The notes under the pieces: model-generated
The model's input: the letters and a program-made list of their open reading frames with translations, nothing else
Database searches by the model: none
What the model was told of the DNA's origin: nothing
Part shown: one piece after another, positions 56,766-64,000 of the stretch
Position numbering within the stretch: the stretch's first letter is position 1
How the letters are laid out: the number at the start of each line of letters is the position of its first letter
Translations under genes and position numbers: made by a program
NCBI GenBank assembly: GCA_038315875.1
Contig: JBBQAG010000001.1
Coordinates: 523-64,522 of the forward strand
Reading direction: 5' to 3'
DNA from: Sphingomonadales bacterium
GTDB taxonomy: Bacteria; Pseudomonadota; Alphaproteobacteria; Sphingomonadales; Sphingomonadaceae
DNA length: 64,000 bases

Positions 56766-57935
56766 ATGCGAATGACAGGGCGTATATCGGGACTGAAGCC
56801 GTTGCTGCTGGCAGCGAGCCTGCTGGTCGGCTGTGGCGGCCAGGCAGTGGCACAGGCGCCTGTTGCGCCCCAGACCACCGCGTCGCAAGGTGTTACCGTC
56901 GGCACACCCACCGCCACGGCGCCGACCGCGCCCCCCGCCCCCACTGCCGCCAATGATCCAATGCTCGCGCTTGATGGCGGGCCAATGATGTTGCCGACGG
57001 CATCGGTTGGCCAGCCGGTTGACAAGGAAATCGGCGTCCAGCCTCAATTCACGCCCACCGGTCGCCGAGCCGCCTGGATGCATGATGTCATCCTGGTGCC
57101 CGTGATCACTGTGATCTCCGTCTTCGTACTGTTGTTGTTGATGTGGGTAGCGTTTCGGTATCGCCGCGCCGCCAATCCCGTCGCTTCCAAGACCAGCCAC
57201 AACACGCTGATCGAGGTGATCTGGACGTTGGCGCCCGTGATCATTCTGGTGGTAATCGCGGTGCCTTCGATTGGCCTGCTGCAGGCGCAATACAAGCCTG
57301 CCCCGTCGAATGCGATCACGCTGAAGGCGATTGGCAACCAATGGTATTGGTCATATCAATATCCAGACAATGGCGGGTTCGAGATCACGTCGAACATGCT
57401 CAAGGAAAAGGGCGACGCCCCCGGCACCGAGCGGACGCGCACCGATGCCGACGGCCCCCGACTGCTGGCAACCGACAACCGGATTGTGCTGCCCGTCGGC
57501 GTGCCGATTCGGCTGATCACGACCTCCAACGACGTTATCCACAGCTGGGCGATGCCGGCATTCTGGATCAAGCTCGATGCGATTCCGGGCCGGATCAACG
57601 AGACGAGCTTCACGATCGACAAGCCAGGCGTCTATTTCGGCCAATGTTCTGAACTGTGCGGTGCGCGGCACGGCTATATGCCGATCACGGTTGCGGCCGT
57701 CGAACCGGCCGTGTTCGCCAAATGGGTAGCGGCCAAGGGTGGCACGATGAAGGGCGCGGCACCGGTCGCGGCCGGTATCTCGCCAGCGCCGGGTACCCCG
57801 GCGGCGGAGGCGCCTGCCGCAGTGACGCCGCTGCCCGCCACGCCTACTGAAACCAAGGGTGTGGCGACCGCCGAGACCAAGCTGCTGGTCAATTCAACCG
57901 AACCTGCGGCCGCTGCCGCCCCGCTGAAGAAGTAA
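56766..57935 (+). CDS. ctaC: Cytochrome c oxidase subunit II
   Basis: Lipobox [28 protein letters not shown], CuA motif [12 protein letters not shown]; start 56766 or 56772. Confidence 0.96.
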   Translation: MRMTGRISGLKPLLLAASLLVGCGGQAVAQAPVAPQTTASQGVTVGTPTATAPTAPPAPTAANDPMLALDGGPMMLPTASVGQPVDKEIGVQPQFTPTGRRAAWMHDVILVPVITVISVFVLLLLMWVAFRYRRAANPVASKTSHNTLIEVIWTLAPVIILVVIAVPSIGLLQAQYKPAPSNAITLKAIGNQWYWSYQYPDNGGFEITSNMLKEKGDAPGTERTRTDADGPRLLATDNRIVLPVGVPIRLITTSNDVIHSWAMPAFWIKLDAIPGRINETSFTIDKPGVYFGQCSELCGARHGYMPITVAAVEPAVFAKWVAAKGGTMKGAAPVAAGISPAPGTPAAEAPAAVTPLPATPTETKGVATAETKLLVNSTEPAAAAAPLKK

Positions 57936-57939
57936 GATC

Positions 57940-59619
57940 ATGACAGATACTGCCTTAAATCCTTCGGCGTTCCAGGCGCATAGCGATCACGCGCATCATC
58001 ACGATGCCGATCACAAACCGGCCTTTTTCGCGCGTTGGTTCATGTCGACCAACCACAAGGATATTGGCACACTCTATCTGATCTTCGCGATTACAGCCGG
58101 GATCATCGGCGGCGCGATCTCGGGTCTGATGCGCGCCGAACTGGCGCATCCGGGCATCCAGTACCTCACCTATTGGGCAACTTTCCTGCCGGGTGGCGAG
58201 GCAGGCCTCGATCATTCGCTCCATCTTTGGAACGTGTTGATCACCGCGCACGGCCTGATCATGGTGTTCTTCATGGTGATGCCGGCGATGATCGGCGGCT
58301 TTGGCAACTGGTTCGTGCCGATCATGATCGGCGCGCCCGACATGGCGTTTCCGCGCATGAACAACATTTCGTTCTGGCTGCTAATCCCAAGCTTCACGCT
58401 GCTGCTCGCTTCGCCCTTCTTCGGGGGCGCTGGCAATGGCTGGACGCTCTACGCGCCGCTTTCCACCTATGGTGAGCCCGGGCCATCGACCGATATGGCG
58501 ATCCTGTCGCTCCATCTTGCCGGCGCATCGTCGATCCTCGGCGCGATCAACTTCATCACCACAATCTTTAATATGCGCGCGCCCGGCATGACGCTGCACA
58601 AGATGCCACTGTTCGTGTGGTCGGTGCTCGTCACCGCTTTCCTGCTGCTGCTCGCGCTGCCGGTACTGGCGGCGGCCATCACGATGCTGCTCACCGATCG
58701 TAATTTCGGCACGACGTTTTTCGATCCGGCCGGCGGCGGCGATCCCGTTCTCTACCAGCATCTGTTCTGGTTTTTCGGCCACCCCGAAGTATATATCATG
58801 ATCCTGCCGGGCTTCGGCATCGTCAGCCAGGTGATCTCCACGTTTTCGAAGAAGCCGATCTTTGGCTATCTCGGCATGGCCTATGCCATGGTCGCGATCG
58901 GCGTTGTCGGCTTCGTCGTGTGGGCGCATCACATGTTCACCACCGGCCTCAGCGTGAACGTGAAGATGTATTTCACGGCAGCGACGATGATCATCGCGGT
59001 GCCGACCGGCATCAAGATCTTCTCGTGGATCGCGACGATGTGGGGCGGCTCGCTCAGCTTCAAGACGCCAATGATGTGGTCGATCGGCTTCATCTTCATG
59101 TTCACCGTTGGCGGCGTGACCGGGGTGGTGCTCGCAAATGGCGGCATCGACGATTACATGCAGGACACCTATTATGTCGTCGCGCACTTCCATTATGTGC
59201 TGTCGCTCGGCGCCGTGTTCAGCCTGTTCGCGGGCTTCACCTATTGGTTCCCGAAAATGTCCGGCAAGATGCTCAACGAGGCGCTTGGCCAGGTTCATTT
59301 CTGGATGTTCTTTGTCGGCGTGAACGTGCTGTTCTTCCCAATGCACTTTTTGGGCCTGCAGGGCATGCCGCGCCGCATTCCCGATTATTCCGATCAGTTC
59401 GCGACCTATAATTATGTCGCGACCGTCGGCTACATGATCATGGCGACGAGCATGGTAGTGTTCTTCGTCAACCTGATCATGTCGCTCGCCGCTGGGCGCA
59501 AGGCTGGCGACAATCCGTGGGGCGAAGGCGCGACGACGCTCGAATGGACGCTGTCCAGCCCGCCGCCTTATCACCAGTTCGAAACGCTGCCAGTGATCGA
59601 CGACAGCCACGGGCATTGA
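57940..59619 (+). CDS. ctaD: Cytochrome c oxidase subunit I
   Basis: [31 protein letters not shown]. Confidence 0.98.
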   Translation: MTDTALNPSAFQAHSDHAHHHDADHKPAFFARWFMSTNHKDIGTLYLIFAITAGIIGGAISGLMRAELAHPGIQYLTYWATFLPGGEAGLDHSLHLWNVLITAHGLIMVFFMVMPAMIGGFGNWFVPIMIGAPDMAFPRMNNISFWLLIPSFTLLLASPFFGGAGNGWTLYAPLSTYGEPGPSTDMAILSLHLAGASSILGAINFITTIFNMRAPGMTLHKMPLFVWSVLVTAFLLLLALPVLAAAITMLLTDRNFGTTFFDPAGGGDPVLYQHLFWFFGHPEVYIMILPGFGIVSQVISTFSKKPIFGYLGMAYAMVAIGVVGFVVWAHHMFTTGLSVNVKMYFTAATMIIAVPTGIKIFSWIATMWGGSLSFKTPMMWSIGFIFMFTVGGVTGVVLANGGIDDYMQDTYYVVAHFHYVLSLGAVFSLFAGFTYWFPKMSGKMLNEALGQVHFWMFFVGVNVLFFPMHFLGLQGMPRRIPDYSDQFATYNYVATVGYMIMATSMVVFFVNLIMSLAAGRKAGDNPWGEGATTLEWTLSSPPPYHQFETLPVIDDSHGH

Positions 59620-59621
59620 TG

Positions 59622-59737
59622 TTCTCCACCTTTCTGCTTGCGGGAGGGATCAGGGGTGGGAACGTCCCGCCTAAACAACCCAGGCCGGGAGTGGACAACC
59701 ACCCCCGGCCCTTCCCGCCAGCGGGAGGGGAGGAAAA
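59622..59737. repeat. Palindromic REP-like element between ctaD and ctaB
   Basis: Arms 59634-59659 and 59699-59724 pair at 20/26 positions plus 3 G.T; flanked by GATG at 59618 and 59738. Confidence 0.75.
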
Positions 59738-59738
59738 G

Positions 59739-60641
59739 ATGACAACGACGACGCTCACTGCTCCGATATCCGCCGATTGGCAGGATTTCCTTGCGCTTAC
59801 CAAGCCGCGGGTGATGCGTTCGGTCGTCTTCACCGGTCTGTGCGGAATGCTGGTTGCACCCGTTAGCCTGCCGCCTGCAATCGGCTTCACGGCTATCCTC
59901 GCCATCGCGCTCGCTGCGGGTGCGGCCGGCACGCTCAACCAATGGTATGAAGCCGATATCGATGCGCTAATGAAGCGCACCGCCAATCGCCCGCTCGCCG
60001 CTGGTCGGATGGACCGCGAGACTGCACTCCAGTTCGGCGTGGGTGTCGGCGTGTTCAGCGTCCTGCTGATGGGGTTGTTCGTCAACCTGATCGCGGCAGC
60101 GTTCCTTGCGGCATCGATCCTCTTTTACGTCGTCGTCTATACGATCGGGCTCAAGCGCTACACGCCGCAGAATATCGTCATCGGCGGCGCGGCGGGCGCC
60201 TTCCCGCCACTGATCGGCTGGGTGGCGGCGACGGGCAGCATCTCGCTGCTGCCGATCCTGATGTTCGCCTTGATCTTCCTTTGGACGCCACCGCACAGCT
60301 GGGCGCTGGCCCTGCTCATTCGTGACGATTACGCCAAGGGCCGCGTGCCGATGATGCCCGTCGTCGCCGGCGCGCGGACGACGCGGTGGCAGATGCTTGG
60401 CTATGCCGTGCTGATGGCAATCGTCGCGGTCGCGCCTTGGCCGCTTGGCCTTGCCGGCGCGCTGTACGGCATCGTTGCTACGGCGGCCTCGGTCGTGTTT
60501 GTCGCGCTCACTGCCTGGGTCGTCATCGCCGCTGCGCCGACGCCCAGGGAAATGAAGCCCGAGCGCACGCTGTTCGTCTATTCGATCGGCTATATTTTGG
60601 CGATGTTCGCCGCCCTCGTTGCCGACAAGTGGTTCACATGA
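59739..60641 (+). CDS. ctaB: Protoheme IX farnesyltransferase (heme o synthase)
   Basis: [47 protein letters not shown]; an in-frame upstream ATG exists at 59619. Confidence 0.95.
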   Translation: MTTTTLTAPISADWQDFLALTKPRVMRSVVFTGLCGMLVAPVSLPPAIGFTAILAIALAAGAAGTLNQWYEADIDALMKRTANRPLAAGRMDRETALQFGVGVGVFSVLLMGLFVNLIAAAFLAASILFYVVVYTIGLKRYTPQNIVIGGAAGAFPPLIGWVAATGSISLLPILMFALIFLWTPPHSWALALLIRDDYAKGRVPMMPVVAGARTTRWQMLGYAVLMAIVAVAPWPLGLAGALYGIVATAASVVFVALTAWVVIAAAPTPREMKPERTLFVYSIGYILAMFAALVADKWFT

Positions 60642-60772
60642 CGCCCGAGGAAGAGACCCAGCTCCGTGCCAAGCAGAAATCGCGTGCACTCGTGATGGCT
60701 CTGATCCTCGGCGCTCTTGCCGTGCTTTTCTTCGTCGTCACCATCGCCAAAATCCAAGCGGGGCATGCATGA
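60638..60772 (+). CDS. Small single-pass membrane protein of the cox operon
   Basis: 44 aa [44 protein letters not shown]; ATGA overlaps at both ends. Confidence 0.8.
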   Translation: MTPEEETQLRAKQKSRALVMALILGALAVLFFVVTIAKIQAGHA

Positions 60773-61302
60773 ACCGCAAGCTGCGCACCGCGACGCTCGC
60801 CGGGATCGGCGTATGCTGCATGGGTGGGCTCGGCTATGCCAGCGTGCCGCTCTACCGCCTGTTCTGCCAGGCAACGGGGCTGAACGGCACAACCCAGCGT
60901 GGCGAGGCCGCGCCCGGCGCCGTCGACGGGCAGGTACGGATCGATTTCGATACCAATGTCAGCCCAAAGCTCGACTGGACCTTCCGCCCCGAAATCCGAT
61001 CGGAAACAGTCGATGTCGGTGCGCGCGACATGGCCTTCTTTACCGCGACCAACAATGCGGATCACCCGATCACCGGCACGGCGACTTTCAACGTCTCGCC
61101 GGCGCAGGCGGGGAAATATTTCACCAAGATCCAGTGTTTCTGTTTCACCCAGCAGACTCTGAAACCGCATGAGACCGTGCGTATGCCGGTGATCTTCTTC
61201 GTCGATCCCAAGATGCTCAAGGATCCCGACGCGGCCGATGTCGATACGATCACGCTCAGCTACACTTTTTACCCTGTGGATTCCGCAAAGGCCGCAGGCT
61301 AG
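60769..61302 (+). CDS. ctaG: Cytochrome c oxidase Cu chaperone (Cox11)
   Basis: YASVPLYRLFCQATG, YFTKIQCFCF, ITLSYTF. Confidence 0.95.
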   Translation: MNRKLRTATLAGIGVCCMGGLGYASVPLYRLFCQATGLNGTTQRGEAAPGAVDGQVRIDFDTNVSPKLDWTFRPEIRSETVDVGARDMAFFTATNNADHPITGTATFNVSPAQAGKYFTKIQCFCFTQQTLKPHETVRMPVIFFVDPKMLKDPDAADVDTITLSYTFYPVDSAKAAG

Positions 61303-61330
61303 AGCGCAACCGAACAGCTTCTGACGGGAA

Positions 61331-62203
61331 ATGACGACCATGGCCGGCGCCAAAAATCACGATTATCACATCCTTGCCCCCAGCTTCTGGCCGCTGCTCG
61401 GCGCGATGTCGGCGCTGCTGCTGGCGTCGGGCGGGCTGATGTGGATGCACAAGGCCGATCCATCGGCGATTGTCTTTTTCATCGGCCTTGCCGGCGTACT
61501 CGCGACGATGTTCCTGTGGTGGCGCGACGTCATCCGAGAGGCGCATTCGGGCGATCACACGCCCGTCGTCCAGCTCCATCTGCGCTACGGGATGATCCTG
61601 TTCATTGCCTCAGAAGTGATGTTCTTCGTTGGCTGGTTCTGGGCCTTCTTCGATTTCTCGCTGTTCCCAGCCCCCGTCGAGGTCGTCGGCGGTGAAGTGA
61701 CGCGGATCGCAGAAACCGTGAAGGCGGTGGCCGGGCAATGGCCACCAAAAGGCATTGAGGTGATCGATCCGTTCGGTTTCCCGCTGCTCAACACGATCAT
61801 CCTGCTGCTTTCGGGCACCACCGTCACCTGGGCGCACCACGCGCTGATCCATGGCGATCGTGAGGGACTGAAAAAAGGTCTGTGGGTCACGATCATCCTG
61901 GGCGCGATCTTCAGCTCGATCCAGGCCTATGAATATGCCGATGCACCATTCCACTTCAGCGGGCTGAATTTCGGCGCGTCGTTCTTCATGGCAACGGGCT
62001 TTCACGGCTTCCACGTGATGATCGGCACGATCTTTCTCGCGATCTGCCTGGCGCGCGTTTATTCGGGCCACTTCACCCCACGTCAGCATTTCGGGTTCGA
62101 GGCCGCCGCCTGGTATTGGCATTTCGTCGATGTCGTCTGGCTGTTCCTGTTCGTCTCGATCTATGTTTGGGGCGGTGCAGGCGCGCCTGTCCACGCTGGC
62201 TGA
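61331..62203 (+). CDS. ctaE: Cytochrome c oxidase subunit III
   Basis: LFIASEVMFF, LLNT, ATGFHGFHV, WYWHFVDVVWL. Confidence 0.97.
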   Translation: MTTMAGAKNHDYHILAPSFWPLLGAMSALLLASGGLMWMHKADPSAIVFFIGLAGVLATMFLWWRDVIREAHSGDHTPVVQLHLRYGMILFIASEVMFFVGWFWAFFDFSLFPAPVEVVGGEVTRIAETVKAVAGQWPPKGIEVIDPFGFPLLNTIILLLSGTTVTWAHHALIHGDREGLKKGLWVTIILGAIFSSIQAYEYADAPFHFSGLNFGASFFMATGFHGFHVMIGTIFLAICLARVYSGHFTPRQHFGFEAAAWYWHFVDVVWLFLFVSIYVWGGAGAPVHAG

Positions 62204-62206
62204 CGG

Positions 62207-62710
62207 GTGACCGACTGGCATCTCGCCCAGGTCAATGTGGGGCGGCTGGTGGCGCCGCCCGGCGATCCGCGCGTTGAGCCCTTCATGGCGGCACTCGACC
62301 GGATCAACGCGCTGGCAGATGTATCCCCGGGATTCATCTGGCGGCTCCAGGACGATAGCGGCAATGCGACGGCGTTACGGCCTACCCCCGATCCACTGTT
62401 TGCCGTCAACATGTCGGTGTGGCGCCATGCCGAGGCCTTGTTTGATTTCGTCTATCGCAGCGCCCACACGCCAGTGATGACGAAAAGACGCGATTATTTC
62501 GATCGGTTCGACGGTGCCTATCAGGCGCTGTGGTGGATCCCGGCGGGCCATATTCCATCGGTCGATGAGGCATTTTCACGGTTGTGGCGGCTCGATCGCT
62601 ATGGGCCGACCGATCACGCCTTCACCTTCAAGGCACGGTTCCCGGCGCCGGGTATTTCCGGCACGCCAATCGATATGCAGCCTGATCCTTGGTGTGTCGG
62701 CAACGCCTGA
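62207..62710 (+). CDS. DUF3291 family protein
   Basis: WHLAQVNVG, INALADVSPGFIWRL, NMSVW, FVYRSAH, ALWWIPAGHIP, AFTF. Confidence 0.82.
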   Translation: MTDWHLAQVNVGRLVAPPGDPRVEPFMAALDRINALADVSPGFIWRLQDDSGNATALRPTPDPLFAVNMSVWRHAEALFDFVYRSAHTPVMTKRRDYFDRFDGAYQALWWIPAGHIPSVDEAFSRLWRLDRYGPTDHAFTFKARFPAPGISGTPIDMQPDPWCVGNA

Positions 62711-63083
62711 CCCCAACCCGCCCGCGACGATCGCCATTGTGTTGCGGGGACTGTGCCCAAGGTGCGGCAGCAGAACGCTGTTTGCGGGAATGGTGAAATT
62801 TGCCGACAAATGCACCGTTTGCGGGCTCGACCTTTCGGCGTTCGATGTCGGCGACGGGCCAGCAGCGTTTCTCACGCTGATCCTCGGCGCGCTCGTGGTC
62901 ATCATGGCGATCACGCTCGAACTCACCCTGTCGCCGCCGCTATGGGTACATATGCTGATCTGGATTCCGGTGACGGCTGCAGGTGTGATCGGATCGCTCA
63001 GGATCGCCAAGGCCGCCTTGCTCCTCGTGGAATACCGGATTGCGCTCCGCGAAGGCCGGATTGTTCCGCGCAACGACGCATGA
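62694..63083 (+). CDS. DUF983 family membrane protein
   Basis: GLCPRCG...C..CGLD, DVGDGPAAF, PPLWVH; probable GTG 62694. Confidence 0.88.
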   Translation: MSATPDPNPPATIAIVLRGLCPRCGSRTLFAGMVKFADKCTVCGLDLSAFDVGDGPAAFLTLILGALVVIMAITLELTLSPPLWVHMLIWIPVTAAGVIGSLRIAKAALLLVEYRIALREGRIVPRNDA

Positions 63084-63685
63084 AGAAGCTCCCCCCCATC
63101 CCCACGATCCTTGTCCTCCTCGCGGTTGCCGCGATGATCGGGCTTGGTGTCTGGCAGCTCCAGCGCAAAGGCGAAAAGGAGGCCGCGCTTACCCGCTATG
63201 TCCAGAACGCAACGCTACCCCCGGTGGCGTTTCCGGCAATCCCGATCGGCGATTCGCTGCTGTACAGGCGCACCAGCGTCTTTTGCCTCACCCCCACGAG
63301 CTGGCGCATCGAGGGCGCTGGCAGCCGTGGCTGGCGGCACATCGCGCAGTGTCGCACCGGCGCCGAAGGGCCGGGCTTTGCGGCAGACATGGGCGCATCG
63401 CAGGATTTGAAATACAAGCCGCAATGGCGCGGCGGCGAGGTGAGCGGCACGATCGCCCAGGCCCCATCGCATCAAAGCCTGATCGGCGGGCTTTTCGGCC
63501 GCGAGGTAAAGACGCTGATGATCGTCTCCGACACCGCGCTGCCGGGCCTGAGACCGACATCGCGGCCAAGCCCCGAATCGATCCCCAACAATCACTTGGC
63601 CTATGCCGTTCAGTGGTTCGTGTTCGCAGCGATTGCGCTGGGTATCTATGCGCTTGCGCTTCGGCGGCGGAGCAACGGCCGCTAA
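63080..63685 (+). CDS. SURF1/Shy1 family protein
   Basis: LGVWQLQRKGEKE; NNHLAYAVQWF; ATGA overlap with DUF983. Confidence 0.88.
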   Translation: MKKLPPIPTILVLLAVAAMIGLGVWQLQRKGEKEAALTRYVQNATLPPVAFPAIPIGDSLLYRRTSVFCLTPTSWRIEGAGSRGWRHIAQCRTGAEGPGFAADMGASQDLKYKPQWRGGEVSGTIAQAPSHQSLIGGLFGREVKTLMIVSDTALPGLRPTSRPSPESIPNNHLAYAVQWFVFAAIALGIYALALRRRSNGR

Positions 63686-63728
63686 GCCGCGCTTGTGCGG
63701 CTTGAGGGGCAGCGGTATCGATTCAGCG

Positions 63729-64000
63729 ATGGAGTATCTCAGCACCCGGGGCACAGCGCCGATCCTCGATTTCGAACAGGTGACGCTGGCTGGGCTCGCG
63801 AGCGATGGTGGCCTGTATCTCCCCGCGACCTGGCCGAGCATGTCCCCAGCGGAGATAAGCGCGCTCCGCAGCGCATCCTATGTCGACACCGCTGTCGCGG
63901 TGATGGCGCCCTTTGTCGAAGGCACGCTGTCGATCGAGGCGCTACGGGCGCTGTGCGTCCAGGCCTATGGCACCTTCGCGCATGCCGCCGTCACGCCGCT
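63729..64000 (+). CDS. thrC: Threonine synthase, N-terminal part (runs off window)
   Basis: MEYLSTRG...GLASDGGLYLP...AYGTFAH; not in the ORF track because it is truncated. Confidence 0.9.
   Translation, partial: MEYLSTRGTAPILDFEQVTLAGLASDGGLYLPATWPSMSPAEISALRSASYVDTAVAVMAPFVEGTLSIEALRALCVQAYGTFAHAAVTP

Noticed and set aside
56766-57935. Ala/Pro/Thr-rich extensions of CtaC
   Set aside because: Look like ordinary disordered linkers; no extra heme c (CxxCH) motif.
58381-59616. 411-aa minus-strand ORF
   Set aside because: Antisense shadow of ctaD.

Overview
GC-rich alphaproteobacterial chromosome segment; gene content and order point to Sphingomonadaceae. All calls come from reading motifs by eye, with no database search. 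(1) 1-22409 is an accessory, probably catabolic region: two MmgE/PrpD paralogues, PaaK-like CoA ligase, amidase, HapK/RedY-like protein, SDR, PuuE-like deacetylase, crotonase, three VOC proteins, secreted DUF1838-like protein, TonB-dependent receptor, DUF1330, MFS, YciI and Qor. A palindrome, TTGTCC(G/A)GACA(A/T), occurs in three promoter regions there. (2) Inside it are a ZMP/ZTP (pfl) riboswitch-like RNA (9139-9070, minus) upstream of an isonitrile-hydratase-like DJ-1/PfpI gene, an orphan outer-membrane factor, a DUF969-DUF979-DUF2891 module and an NTF2/SnoaL-like frame broken by one amber codon that the ORF track misses. (3) 22453-64000 is mostly housekeeping: coq7, dsbB, ctpA, envC, rlmH, rsfS, nadD, proA, ftsH, tilS, cpoB-like, rodZ-like, ptsP, lysC, ubiG, phoD, lepB, acpS, pdxJ, pyrE, the aa3 oxidase operon and the start of thrC. 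It also holds a candidate glycosphingolipid locus and a 120-nt palindromic repeat in frame at the ctaD-ctaB junction. I found no tRNA, rRNA, CRISPR array, transposase or phage gene. The best leads are the riboswitch-DJ-1 pairing and the operator-defined uptake/catabolism regulon.
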